64,000 bases of DNA from contig CM059432.1 of assembly GCA_030390025.1 (NCBI GenBank), forward strand, positions 116,562,001 through 116,626,000. The letters are read 5' to 3'. Source of the DNA: Squalus acanthias (taxonomy: Eukaryota). The notes beneath the pieces were generated by a model that worked only from the letters and a program-made list of their open reading frames with translations, had not been told where the DNA came from and did not search any database. The position numbers and the translations under genes are program-made. Positions 25,110-38,792 of this stretch are shown here, piece after piece (within the stretch, counting starts at the first letter, position 1; every line of letters starts with the position of its first letter).

Positions 25110-25355
25110 CTTCTCGCAACTCCATGTTTGAACCTCTCCAATCAGCTTTCCGCCCCGCCAGAGCACTAAAAGAGACCTTGTCAAAATCACAAGTGACATC
25201 CTATGTGATTGTGACCGTGGTGCATTATCTCTCCTCATCCTTCCCGACCTGTCTGCAGCCTTTGACATGGTTGACCACTACATCTTCCTCCAACACTGCT
25301 CCTCTGTTGTCCAGCTGGGTGGGACTGCCCTCGTCTGGTTCCATTTCTATCCAGA
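25110..25355 (+). mobile_element. L2 RT fragment
   Basis: FEPLQSAFRP and LLIL.DLSAAFDMVDH motifs. Confidence 0.75.
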
Positions 25356-25356
25356 C

Positions 25357-25895
25357 TAAAAATAGAAAATGCTGGAAACACTCAGCAGGTCAGGCAGCAT
25401 CTGGGAGAGAGAAACAGAGTGAACATTTCTGATGACCTTTCATCAGAACTGGAAGAAGTTAGAGATTTAACAGTTTATAAGTAAGTACAGAGCTAGGGAA
25501 AAAGGGTGGGGGGAGAGGAAAGAACAAAAGGGAAGGTCTGTAATAGGGTGGAGGGCAAGAATGATTGAATGACAAAAGGAATGATGGTGCAAGAAGAGGG
25601 GTGGTAATTTGTACAATAAAGAAACAAAAGATGGGTCCAGAGGAGGTGTAAGTGGTTACAGCAGAACCATTGTCCGCACCCGCTGTCCAAGAAAATGGGA
25701 GCCATGGTTATGATCTGAAGTTGTTGAACTCCATGTTGAGTCCAGAAGGTTGTAAAGTGTCTAATCGAAAGATGAGGTGCTGTTCCTCGAGCTTGCATTG
25801 CGTTTCATTGGAACAATGTAGGAGGCCGAGGGCAGAGAGGTCCGAGCGGGATGGAGAATTAAAATGGCAAGCCACTGGAAGCTCAAGGTCACACT
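25357..25895 (-). mobile_element. Penelope-like element 3' fragment (GIY-YIG C-terminus plus pLTR)
   Basis: Colinear with 45605-46190; degenerate hammerhead at about 25418-25450. Confidence 0.8.
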
Positions 25896-26478
25896 TGCCT
25901 CCCAGAAATGTATTCTGCTACCGTTTAGCTTGTGATTTTGGTGATTGCAAATTAACAGTTGGGATACACAGCGGCATCACTGACTTGATGGAGGCTGGAA
26001 TTATTGGCTATACTTCAAGCAGTAATTTGCTTTATCGTTGACAATTGAGTATAATATTCTTCAAGGACAATTTCATGGTTTTGAGAACCATCGCACTGTG
26101 AAAGCAGTGATCAGTGTGGAGAGAGCCAACTAAGTTCCTGCAATTCTGTTCAAATTTGTGCCATTGAGAAAAGATAATAGTTAGTCTGCATGCATTTTAT
26201 TCACTGATGCAACAGAATGGATATAACTTAATTTTTTTTTTACTATTGCTTAAATTTAACATTGTTCATCAAAGTAAAAGTGGAAATGTTTTTTTTTGTT
26301 TCTGACTATTTTCAGCAGTGTGCTGCAATGTAGAGGTCTAAAATTTTATAGCACAGAAAGAGGCCATTTGGCCTATCCTGTCTGTCCTATCCTTGGCTCT
26401 CCGAAAGAGCTGTCCCTTTTAATTACATTCCCTTTTTCCCATACCCTTATACCCATTTATTTCTTTAATAAGCTAAGG

Positions 26479-26920
26479 TGTCAGCCGTGGCTCAGTGGGT
26501 AGCACTATCTCTTGCCTCTGAGTCAGAAGGTTGTGCGTGCAAGTCCCACTCCAGGGATTTGAGCACATAAATCTAGGCTGACACTCCAGTGCAGTACTGA
26601 GGGAGTGCTGCACAGTCGGAGGTGCCCTCTTTCGGATGAGACGTTAAAACTGAGGCTCCGTCTGCTCTCCCAGGTGGACATAAAAAATCCCATGGCACTA
26701 TTTCTGTGTTCTGGCCAATATTTATCCCACAATCAACATTACTGCAACAGATTATCTGGTCATTATCACGTTGCTGTTTGTGGGAGCTTGCTGTGTGCAA
26801 ATTGGCTGCCGCGTTTCCTACATCAACAGTGACTACACTTCAAAAAATTAATTGGCTGTAAAGTGCTTTGGGATGTCCTGAGGTTGTGAAAGGCGCTATA
26901 TAAATGCAAGTCTTTCTTTC
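26479..26920 (+). mobile_element. Near full-length Deu-domain SINE (SacSINE1-like)
   Basis: tRNA-derived head, Deu core (gtcggaggtgcc.tctttcggatgagacgttaaa), L2-like tail aaaggcgctatataaatgcaagtctttctttc. Confidence 0.85.
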
Positions 26921-27407
26921 TGTTTAAAATATTTAACCACTTCGCTCTTTAAAAAGCTATTGTGGATTCTGCTTCCACTCCTGTTTCTGGTAGGGTATTA
27001 CTTGTCCTAACAATCTTCAGCATTAAAAATATTATTCACCTATCCTCCCCCTCCTCTTACGGTGTTGATCTTAAATTTATGTTGTCTAATTACCATTTTA
27101 CTGAGTGGAAATGGTTTTCCTGACTTGCTTTAGATTTTCCAGTTAGTGTATAATTTAGTGCACACTAATTCTTCCTCCCAAAATGTGTCTCCCCTCCCGT
27201 TTCTCTGCATTAAATTTCCTTTCACATCCCAATCTACTCATTTGTCTGTCCTCCTGAAGTTGCTTACTATCTTCTCCACAGTTAACCCAACTCCCTATTG
27301 TAGTGTCCTCTGCAAATTTTGATATTATGACCCTTTGTACCCAAATCCAGGTTGTTTATAAGTTCTAATCTAAACTGGGGGTTGCTGAAAGTGTGTTCTC
27401 AGATCTT

Positions 27408-30400
27408 CATAGAAAGTTACAGCACGAAAGGAGGCTATTTCGGCCCATCGTGTCCGCGCCAGCCAACAAAGAGCTATCCAGCCTAATCCCACTTCCCAGC
27501 TCTTGGTCCGTAGCCCTGCAGGTTACAGCATCCCAAGTGCACATCCAAGTACTTTTTAAATGTGGTTAGGGTTCCTGCCTTTACCACCCTTTCAGGCAGT
27601 CAGTTCCAGACCCCCACAACCCTCTGGGTGAAGAAATTTCCCCTCAAATCCCCTCTAAACCTTCCACCAATTACTTTAAATCTGTGCCCCCTGGTTTTTG
27701 ACCCCTCTGCTAAGGGAAATAGGTCCTTTCTATCCACTTTATCTATGCCCCTCATAATTTTATACACCTCAATAAGGTCTCCCCTCAGCCTCCTCTGTTC
27801 CAAGGAAAACAGACCCAGCCTATCCAGTCTTTCCTCATAGCTAAGATTATCTACTCCCGGCAACATCCTTGTAAATCTCCTCTGTACCCACTCTAGTGCA
27901 ATCACATCTTTCCTGTAATGTGGTGACCAGAACTGCACACAGCACTCGAGCTGAGGCCTAACTAGTGTTTTATACAGTTGAAGCATAACTAGTGCTCTTG
28001 TATTCTATGCCACGGCTAATAAAGACAAGCATTCCGTATGCCTTCTTAACCACCTTATCTACCTGGCCTGCTACCTTCAGGGATCTGTGGACATGCACTC
28101 CAAGGTCCCTTTGTTCCTCTACGCTACTCAGTGTCCTACCATTTAATGTGTATCCCCTTTCCTTGTTAGCCCTCCCCAAATGCATTACCTCACACTTCTC
28201 CGGATTGAATTCCATTTGCCACTGTTCTGACCAATTTATTGATCTCTTCCTGCAGTCTACAGCTTCCTTCTTCAGTATCAAACACGCAGCCGATTTTAGT
28301 ATCATCTGCAAACTTCTTAATCATACCCCCTATATTCAAGTCTAAATCATTGATATATACCACAAAAAGCAAGGGACCTAGTACTGAGCCCTGCGGAACC
28401 CCACTGGAAACAGCCTTCCAGTCACAAAAACACCCATCAACCATTACCCTCTGCTTCCTGTCTCCGAGCCAGTTTTGAATCCAACTTGACACTTTGCCCT
28501 GGATCCCATGGGCTTTTAACTTCGTGACCAGTCTGCCACGTGGAACCTTATCAAAAGCCTTGCTAAAGTCCATATACACTACATCAAACGCACTACCCTC
28601 ATCTACCCTCCTTGTTACCTCCTCAAAAAATTAAATCAAGTTTGTCAGACACTACCTTCCCTTAACAAATCCGTGCTGACTATCCTTGATTAATCCATGT
28701 CTTTCTAAGTGAAGATTTATCCTGTCCTTCAGAATTCTTTCCAATAATTTTCCCACCACTGAGGTTAGGCTGACTGGCCTGTAATTACTCAGTCTATCCT
28801 TTTCTCCCTTTTTAAACAAGGGTACCACATTAGCAGTCCTCTGGCACCACACCTGAAGCCAGGGAGGATTGGAAAATGATGGTCAGGGCCTCTGCTATTT
28901 CCTCTTTTGCTTCGCTTAACAGCCTAGGATACATTTCATCCGGGCCTGGGGATTTATCCACTTTTAAAGCTGCTAAACACCTTAATACTTCCTCTCTCAC
29001 TATGTTTATTTCATCTAATATTTCACACTCCTCCCCCCTGATAGCAATGTCTGCTTCGCCCCTCTCCTTTGTGAAAACAGATGCAAAGTATTCATTAAGA
29101 ACCCCACCGACATCTCCCGCCTCCACACACAGATTACCCTCATGATCTCTAATAGGCCCTACCCTTTCTTTAGTTATCCTCTTACTCTTAATATATTTAT
29201 AAAACATCTTTGGGTTTTCCTTGATTTTACTTGCCAAGAATTTTTCATGCTGTCTCTTTGCTTTCCTTATATCCTTTTTAATTGCACCCCTGCAATTTCT
29301 GTACTCCTCTAAAGATTCTGGAGTATTTAGCCCTCGGTATCTGTCGACGCCTCCCTTTTTTTCCCCTTTATCCTACCCTGTATGCCTCTCGACATCCAGG
29401 GGGCTCTAGATTTGTTAGTCCCACCTTTTTTCTTTAAGGGCACATATTTGGTCTGAACCCTCTGTATCTCCTCCTTGAATGCCTCCCACTGCTCTGACAC
29501 TGATTTACCTTCAAGTAGCTGTTTCCAGTCCACTATGGCTAAATGTCCTCTGAGCTTAGCAAAATTTGCTTTTCCCCAATTTAGAATTTTTATTCCTGGT
29601 CTATCCTTGTCCTTTTCCATAACTACCTTAAATCTAACAGAATTATGGTCACTAGCATCAAAATGCTCCCCCACTGATGGCCTTCTATCTGCCCAGCTTC
29701 ATTCCCTAAAACTAAGTCCAGAACCGCCCCTTTCCTTGTTGGGCTTGCTACATACTGGCTAAAAAAAGTTCTCCTGAATGCATTTCAGGAATTCCACACC
29801 CTCTATACCCTTCAGACTAATTTTATCCCAGTTAATATTGGGGTAGTTGAAATTCCCTACAATTACTGCCCTATAGTTTTTGCACTTCTCAGAAATTTGT
29901 CTACATATTTGTTCTTCCATTTCCCTCTCACTGTTCGGGGGTCTGTAGTACACTCTCAGCAGTGTGATCGCCCCTTTTTTGTTTTTCAGTTCAACCCATA
30001 TGGCCTTGTTTGACGATCCCTCCAACATATCATCCCTCCTCACAGCTGTAATAGTTTCTTTAATCAATACCGCGACCCACTCCCCCTTTTTACCTCCCTC
30101 TTTATTCCGTCTGAAAATCCTGTAACCAGGAATGTTGAGCTGCCATACCTGCCCCTCTTTCAGCCACATCTCTAATAGCTGTAATATCATAGTCCCAAAT
30201 ATCTACCTGTGCCCTCAGCTCATCTGCCTTGTTCGCTATACTCCTTGCATTGAAGTATATACCATATAGTACAGGCAATCCTCCTTGTTGACTACTATCT
30301 AGCCCTTGATTCCTCTGTCCTTCCAATTTACTTTCTACGTTTTTGTTTTCCAATTCCAGTTTTTCTTCCCTCCCTATTGACTCTATACTTAGGTTTCCAT

Positions 30401-33400
30401 CCCCCTGCCAAGCTAGTTTAAACCCTCCCCAACAGCACTAGCAAACCCTCCTGCGAGGATATTGGTCCCGTTCCCGTTGAGGTGCAACCCGTCTGGCTTG
30501 CAGAGGTCCCACCTCCCCCAGAAACGGTTCCAATTCCTCAGGAATCTAAAGCCCTCCCTCCCACACCATAGAATCATAGAAGATAAGAGCAGGAGTAGGC
30601 CATTCGGCCCCTCGAGCCTACTCCGCCATTCAATGAGATCATGGCTGATCATCCAAATTCAGTACCCTGTCCCTGCCTTCTCCCCATATCCCTTGATCCC
30701 TTTAGCCTTAAAAAATATATCTAACTCCTTCTTGAATATATTTAATGAATTGGCCTCAACTGCCTTCTGTGGTAGAGAATTCCACAGGTTCACCACTCTT
30801 TGGGTGAAGAAATTCCTCCTCATCTCTGTCCTAAATGGCTTACCCCTTATCCTTAGACTGTGACCCCTGGTTCTGGACTCCCCGGCCATCAGGAACATCC
30901 TTCCTGCATCTAGTCTGTCTAGTCCTGTTAGAATTTTATAAGTTTCAATGAGATCCCCCCTCATTCTTCTAAACTCCAGCGAGTATAAGCCCAATCGACC
31001 CAATCTCTCCTCATACGTCATTCCTGCCATCCCAGGTATCAGCCTTGTGAATCTTCGCTGAACTCCTTCCATGGCAAGAACATCCTTCCTCAGATAAGGC
31101 GACCATAACTGCACACAGTACTCAAGATGTGGTCTCACCAAGGCCCTGTACAACTGCAGCAAGACATCCTTGTTCCTGTACTCGAACCCTCTCACTACGA
31201 AGGCCAACATGCCATTTGCCGCCTTAACCGCCTGCTGCACCTGCATGCTTACCTTCAGCGACTGGTGCACAAGGACACCCAGGTCTCGTTGCATTTCCCC
31301 TTCTCCCAATCTATTGCCGTTCAGATAATCTGCCTTCCTGTTTTTGCCACCAAAGTGGATAACCTCGCATTTATCCACATTGGGCAGATGCATGGCAAAT
31401 GCAGTACAATCACCCAACCTGTCCAAATCATACTGGAGTTTATCGGCATCCTCCTCACAGCACACACGCCCACCCAGCTTTGTGTCGTCTGCAAACTTGG
31501 AGATATTACATCTAGTTCCCTCGTCTAGATCATTAATATATATTGTGAATAGCTGGGGTCCTAGGACCGATCCCTGCGGTACCCCACTAGTCACTGCCTG
31601 CCACTTGGAAAAAGACCCGTTTATTCCAACTCTTTGCTTCCTGTCTGCCAACCAGTTCTCTATCCAAGTCAGTACCCTGCCCCCAATCCCATGTGCCTTA
31701 ACTTTACACGCTAATCTCTTATGCGGGACCTTATCGAAAGCCTTCTGAAAGTCCAAATACACCACATCCACTGGTTCTCCCTTATCTATTCTACCAGTTA
31801 CATCCTCAAAAAATTCCAGTAGATTAGGTCAAGCACGATTTACCTTTTGTAAATCCATGTTGACTTTGACCGATCCTGTCACTGTTTTCCAAGTGCTCTG
31901 CTATTACATCTTTTATAATGGACTCTAGCATTTTCCCCACTACCGATATCAGGCTTACCGGTCTATAATTCCCCGTTTTCTCTCTACCACCTTTTTTGAA
32001 TAGTGGGGTAATATTAGCTACCCTCCAATCCATGGGAACTGTTCAGAGTCCATAGAATTTTGGAAGATGACCAGCAATGCATCTACTATTTCTAGGGCCA
32101 CTTCCTTAAGTACCCTAGGATGTAGATTATCAGGCCCTGGGGATTTATCGGCCTTCAATCCCGTCAATTTCCCTAACACCATTTCCCTACAAATACTGAT
32201 TTCTTTCAGTTCCTCCCTCTCATTAGACCCTATGTTCCCTGACATCTCTGGGAGGTTATTTGTGTCCTCCTTTGTGAAGACAGAACCAAAGTATGTATTT
32301 AATTGGTCTGCCATTTCTTTGTTCCCCATTATAAATTTCCCTGATTCTGACTGCAAGGGACCTACGCTTGACTTCACCAATCGTTTTCTCTTCACATATC
32401 TATAGAAGCTTTTACAGTCAGTTTTTATGTTCCCTGAAAGCTTACTCTCATATTTTATTTCCCCCCTCTTAATTAATCCCTTTGTCCTCCTTTGCTGAAT
32501 CCTAAACTGCTCCCAATCCTCAGGTGTTTTCTGCTTTTTCTGGCCAATTTATATGTCCTCTAATTGGATCTTATGCTATCCCTAATTTCCCTTGTTAGCC
32601 ACGGTTGATTCACCTTTTATGTTTTATTTTTATGCCAAACAGGGATGAACAAATTCTGTAGTTCATCCATGTGATCTTTAAATGTTTGCCATTGCCTATC
32701 CACCATCAACCCTTTGAGTAACATTCCCCAATCAATCCTACCCAATTCGCGCCTCATACCATCGTAGTTTCCTTTATTTAAATTCAGGACCCTAGTCTCT
32801 GAGTCAAATACTTCACTCTCCATCTTAATGAAGAATTCGATCATATTATGATCGCTCCGCCCCAAGGCACAACAAATTGCTAATTATTCCTTTCTCATTA
32901 CATAATACCCAGTCTAAGATGGCCTGATCTCTGGTTGGTTCCTTGACATATTGATCCAGGAAACCATCCTGTATACACTCCAGGAATTCCTCCTCCACAG
33001 TATTGTTACTAATTTGGTTAGCCCAATCTATATGTAGATTAAAGTCACCCATGATAACTGCAGTGCCCTTATTGCACGCGTCTCTAATTTCCCGTTTAAT
33101 GCCATCCCCAACCTCCGCATTACTGTTTGGGGGTCTGTATACAACTCCCACTAACGTTTTCTGTCCCTTGGTATTTCTCAGCTCTACCCATACAGATTCT
33201 ACATCATCAGAGCTAATATCCTTCCTTACAATTGTGTTAGTCTCCTCTTTAAGCAGCAATGCTACTCCGCCTCCTTTTCCTTTTTGCCTGTCTTTCCTGA
33301 ATATTGAATACCCCTGGATGTTGAGTTCCCAGCCCTGGTCACCCTGGAGTCATGTTTCCATAATCCCAATCATATCATATCCGTTTACATCTATTTGCAC

Positions 33401-36240
33401 CGCTAATTCATCCACCTTATTACGAATGCTCCTCGCATTAAAACACAAAGCCTTCAGGCTTGTTTTTTTAACTCTCTTAGACCTTTTAGAATTATTATTT
33501 ACTGTGGCCATGTTTGATTTAAACCCTTGATTTCTCTGACTGCCACTTTTGCTTTTCTCCTTCCTGTCTTTTGCTTCTATCCTTGTTTCCCTTTCCTCTG
33601 TCTTCCTGCACAGGTTCCCAACCCCCTGCCATTTTAGTTTAAGCCTCCCCCACAGCACTAGCAAACACTCCCCCTAGGACATCGGTCCCAGTCCTGCCCA
33701 GGTGCAAACCGTCCATTTTGTACTGGTCCCACCTCCCCCAGAACCGGTTCCAATGTCCCAGGAATTGGAATCGCTCCCCCTTGCACCATTCCTCTAGCCA
33801 CGTATTCATCTGAAATATCCTTCTATTTCTACTCTGACTAGCACGTGGCATTGGTAGCAATCCTGAGATTACTACCTTTTTGAGGTCCTATTTTTTAATT
33901 TATCTCCTAACTCCCTATATTCAGCTTTTAGGACCTCATCCCGTTTTTTACCTATATCGTTGGTACCTATATGTACCACGACAACTGGCTGTTCACCCTC
34001 CCTCTCCAGAATGGCCTGCAGCCGCTCAGACATCCTTGACCCTTGCACCAGGGAGGCAACATACCATCCTGGAGTCTCGTTTGCGGCCGCAGAAACGCCT
34101 ATCTATTCCCCTTACAATAGAATCCCCTATCACTATAGCTCTCCCGCTCTTTTTCCTCCCGTCCTGTGCAGCAGAACCACCCACAGTGCCAGGAAGTTGG
34201 CTGCTGCTGCCTTCCCCCGATAAGCCACCCCCCTCAACAATATTCAAAGCGGTATATCTGTTTGAGAGGGGGATGGCCACAGGGGACCCCTGCACTACCT
34301 GCCTGCGCCTACTACTCTGCCTGGTGGTCACCCATTCCCTTCCTGCCTGTGCAGCCTTTACCTGCGGTGTGACCACCTCCCTAAACGTGCTATCCACGAG
34401 GTCCTCAGCATTGCGAATGCTCCAGTATGTATCCATTCGCAGCTCCAGTGCCGCAATGCGGTCTGCCAGTAGCTGCAGCTGGATACACTTCCTGCACACA
34501 TGGTCGTCAGGGACACAGGAAGTGTCCCAGATTTCCCACATAGTGCAGGAGGAGCATATCACGGCGCCGAGCTGTGCTGACATGACTTACCCTTTAATTA
34601 ATTCAAATAAAGTTAAATCAAATCAATCCCACCAATTACAGTACAATTAAATGTTATACTCAAGGGCCCTTGTTTAACAGCAGTCCCCGCTACACAACAG
34701 TGACCCTAGAAACTATAAACCACAAAATTTAAGTTTGGAAAAAACGAGAAAGAAAGAAATATTCACCAACCAATCACTTACCTGCTTTCTGGTGACGTCA
34801 CACTTCGATTTCTTTTTACTTCTCTCTCCCGCTCTCGGAGCTTAGATTGGTGGGGCCTACCGGCGCCTCGGGCTCTCCTTCTATCGCCCTCGCCGCTCCT
34901 CCCAGGTCCGCACTGTCACCGCCTCTGCTGCTGCTGTGGGGCCTACCTGCACCTCGGGCTCTCCTTTTATCGCCCTCGCCGCTCCTCCCAGATCCGCACT
35001 GCCAGCGCCTCTGCTCTCTCCAGCCACGCATTCATCTGCTCTATCTTCCTATTTCTGTACTCACTAGCATGTGGCACTGGTAGTAATCGGAGGTCCTGCT
35101 TTTTGACCTCTTTCCTAGCTCCCTAAACTCTGCATGCAGGACCTCATCCCTCTTCCTACCTATGTCATTGGTACCGATATGGACCACGACCTCTGGCTGT
35201 TCACCCTCTCTTTCCCCCCCCCCCCCCCCCCCCCTCAATGCCCTGCAGCCGTTCAGTGACATCCTTGACCCTGGAACCAGGCAGGAAACATACCATCCTG
35301 GAGTCACGACTGTGGCCGCAGAAACGCCTGTCTCCTCCCCTAACTATTGAATCCCCTATCACTATTGCTCTCCCTCTCATCTTCCCCCCCCCCCCCACCC
35401 AGCCTGTGCAGCTGAGCCTTCCATGGTGCTGTGGACTTGGCTCTGGCTGCACTCCCCAGAGGAACCATTGCCCTCACCAGTACTCGGCACCAAATACTGG
35501 TTGGTTAGCAAGATGGGCTCGGGACTCCTGCACTACCTGCCTGGTCCTCCTCCTTCTTCTGTCTGACAGTCACCCATTCCCTCTCTGCCTGCACACTCTT
35601 AAGCTGCGGGGTGACCACCTCCCGAAACGTGCTGTCCACATGGCTCTCAGCCTCGCGGATGCTCGCGCTGCTGTAGCTGGCGACACTTCCCGCACATGTG
35701 GTCATCCAGACCACAGGAGGTGTCCAGGACTTCCCACATGGCTCAGGATGTGCATTCCACGGGTGTGAGCTGCCCTGCCAAACCTCTAATTAACAGACTA
35801 TTTACTAACCTAGCTGGAATAAACTTAAAAACTTTGAGAGCCAAGTAAAAACACTTACCAGATACTCACCAATCAGCTCCCTCTTATTGAACGTTTAGTT
35901 TTTAATCCCAGCTCTTATTTTCAACCAATGCCCAAGATAAAGAGAGAAATACTGACCAACCAATCACTTCCCTGCTTTCCTGTGACGTCACTCCTTGTTT
36001 TTTGGACTCTTGGATTTTTTCCTCTCTGCTCCGGTTCCAGGCTCGGTCCGCTCCTCCTCGGCTGCTCGCTGTGAGTTCAGGCCCCTCTCTGACCGCGCTC
36101 TTTATTTCCTGGCCCCTGCTCCGGTTCCCGGCTCGGTCCGCTCCTCCTCGGCTGCTCGCTGAGTTCAGGCCCCTCTCTGACCGCGCTCTTTATTTCCTGG
36201 CCCCTGCTCGGTTCCCGGCTCGGTCCGCTCCTCTTCAGGA
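27408..36240 (-). mobile_element. Full-length degenerate CR1 LINE (outer element), interrupted in ORF1 by a second CR1
   Basis: ORF2 fragments (APE, RT: DFSKAFDKV, GVPQGSVLGP, KFADD) at 27.5-30.3 kb; ORF1 esterase split at about 30567/35015; 5' UTR to about 36240. Confidence 0.85.
30567..35014 (-). mobile_element. Full-length degenerate CR1 LINE (inner element)
   Basis: ORF1 with Cys motif CSSC...CRKC and SGNH esterase (GDSIVR, DGLHL); ORF2 APE (GDFN) and RT (ORF 30659-31771); 3' tail catagaatcatagaa; several frameshifts. Confidence 0.92.
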
Positions 36241-36434
36241 GGCTCATCTATATTATCGGGTATATGAATATACCAGTTTCTAACAAATAGCATAAAATGG
36301 AGAGGTAGGTATAGGATCCAGATAATCAGGTTTAAAACTTGGTTCAATAGGTAACTTTTGAATTGAATTCTTTGAGACAAGGCTACTAGATATTCAAATT
36401 TTAATATTCACTTGTTTCACCTTTCTTATACCAG

Positions 36435-36464
36435 GATGACAGAGCTGCTTTTCAAGAGCCGAAG
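36435..36464 (+). CDS. CYB5A: Cytochrome b5 type A, coding exon 3 (DDRAAFQEPK)
   Basis: Acceptor ctttcttataccag and donor gtaagg; 30-nt exon starting DDR, continuing LHP-DDR as in vertebrate CYB5A. Confidence 0.9.
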
Positions 36465-37759
36465 GTAAGGTGATCTTGCTTCTGTTAGAATAGGGGTGTT
36501 TCTGTTGTTTGTTATACATAATCAGCAGTAGTCGTGAGTGTTAAAATCTAATTTGATATCTTGCAAGCAGTTGGCAGATTTCAAGGGATCTAGTTCAAAA
36601 TTAGGTTGCATTCCATGTTTAAGAAATATATTCAGGATTGTTGTCTACCTGCTCATGGGAGCCCAACACAGAGCAAGTAACCGCTACAGAGCAAGTATAT
36701 GTGGCAGGTACACTACTTATGAAAGAAAAAATAATTTTGAATCTTCCTACTTGCATGTTTCTGTTTGTTTTAAAGCAAATGTAACTGAAAAGTAGAAGGA
36801 AAGACTACCTGGAGGAATACTTTCTAAAAGAAAGTGCTTCTAAAGAAACGACAGATCATAGCGCAACTCTGGCAGGGCAGAACAGAACTTCCATCTACTT
36901 TGGAATTGCTCCCCAACCTCAGCCCTGGCACCATCTACATATGGAAGGTGGGCTTCCTGGCCTCCACCCGGGAGTTGCACTGGTCTGGAGCTGAAGACTT
37001 GCAGCAGCACGTTTTGAAGCCTGCTGCAGTGGGAGGAAGCGGCAACCTGATAAACTGCCTGTATTTAAGAATGAGAGGCAACCAATCTTGGTAAAGGAGC
37101 ATGTGCACAGATGTGCTTTGAGCACCTTTGCACAGGCCTTTCTTCTGATTCTTGAATGCTGGACACCAAAGGCGACCTTTTTTGTCCAGCATATGAAGAA
37201 TACAAATGGCAGAAAGCAAAGCAGAGACTGTGTTTCTGTCATTTGCATGTAGTTTGCATACTCTCAGATACATTCCTGTATAGCTTGCTGCCTGCATCCA
37301 CCCCAGATCTGCTGAAAAATTGGCAGGAGTGGTGTGAGGCAAAAAGCCCAGGCCATGCTTATTACACTTTACAGCGCTGGGCTCTCACTCTATTCTCTTT
37401 AATATCAGTCCCCTACTGCACTCTGTAGCACGTTAAACGAAATTTATTGTATTGGTGCGGGTGTAATCACTGATGCAACACCTCTCCAATACGACAACTT
37501 GCATTTATATAGTGCCTTTAATGTAGTAAAACATTCCAAGATGCTTCACAGGAGTATTAGAAGACAAAACATTTGACACCAAGCCACATAAGGAGAAATT
37601 AGGGCAGATGGCCAAAAGCTTGGTCAAAGATTAGTCTCCTGCTGCTTGAAGATAAAGCTGTTTCTGCAGGTGAAAGCTTTTGGGGGGGAGAAAAGAGAAA
37701 ATCAGATGGGTTGGAAAGTAGGGAATTGTCTTGTACATGACTCACAGCTGCACGTTTTA

Positions 37760-38610
37760 TTTAAAAAAAAAAAAAAAATTCATTTTGGTATGTGAGCATG
37801 ACTGGCAAGACCAGCATTTATTGCTCACCCTTAGTTAGCCTGAGAAGATGGTGGTGGGCCCCCTACTTGAACCACTGAGTAGCGGGTTGATACAACGGAG
37901 TGGCTTCCTAGGCCACTTCAGAGGGCAGTTAAGAGTCAACCATGTTGGTGTGGGACTGGAGTTACATATAGGCCAGACAGCGTAAGGACGACAGATTTCC
38001 TTTCCTCGACAACAACAACAACTTGTATTTATATAGCGCCTTTAATGTAGTAAAGCGTCCCAAGGCGCTTCACAGGAGTGTTATAAGACACACAATTTGA
38101 TACTGAGCCACATGAGGAAAAATTAGGGCAGATGACCAAAGGCTTGGTCAAAGAGGTAGGTTTTAAGGAGCGTCTTAAAGGAGGAAAGAGAGTTAGAGAG
38201 GCGGAGAGGTTTAGAGAGGGAATTTCAAAGCTTAGGGCCTAGGCAACAGGAGGCATGGCCACCAAAGATTGAACGATTATAATCAGGGATGCTCGAGGGA
38301 AGAATTAGAGGAGCGCAGATATCTTGGGGTTGTGGGACTGGAGGAGATTAGAGATAGGGAGGGGCAAGGCCATGGAGGGATTTGAAAACGAGGATATTAG
38401 TGAACCAGTTGGGTTTTTGGAACAATCCAACAGCTTCATGCTCACATTTACTGATGATGAGCTTTTTATTTCCAGATTTAAAAAAAAAACTGAATTCAAA
38501 TTCACAATCTGCCATGGTGGGATTTGAACTTGTGTTCTCTAGATTATTATTCCAGGCTTTTATCAATTACTAGTCCAGGAATATAACCACTACACTACTG
38601 TACCCCTATA
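37760..38610 (-). mobile_element. SINE interrupted by an L2 3' fragment (about 38008-38395)
   Basis: 3' part matches the reverse complement of the retroelement tail at 55005-55100; tRNA-like head (gggatttgaac) near 38520; L2 with (aac)n tail in between. Confidence 0.55.
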
Positions 38611-38757
38611 TAGTGACTAGAAATTAGCAGTAATTGAGATGAAAGGCCCTGAAATGTATTCGGAGCCTACCATATGTGGAAAAGTTGGTGCAACTGGTAA
38701 CTTCCTGCTTGATACTGTTCATATTCATGGATTAACTTCTTGGTCTTTCTATTACAG

Positions 38758-38792
38758 AATCCAGGCGTTGTCGTACAGGAGTTTGAATCGAG
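38758..38792 (+). CDS. CYB5A: Cytochrome b5 type A, coding exon 4 (NPGVVVQEFES + split Ser codon), linker
   Basis: Acceptor tctttctattacag and donor ag/gtac; 35 nt, phase 0 to 2, exactly the phase needed to join exon 3 to the last exon. Linker sequence itself is divergent. Confidence 0.8.

Noticed and set aside
26479..26555. tRNA gene
   Set aside because: The tRNA-like A/B boxes are the head of a multi-copy SINE; no full cloverleaf is evident.
33880..34650. 256-aa plus-strand ORF
   Set aside because: Antisense shadow of CR1 ORF1; no independent homology.
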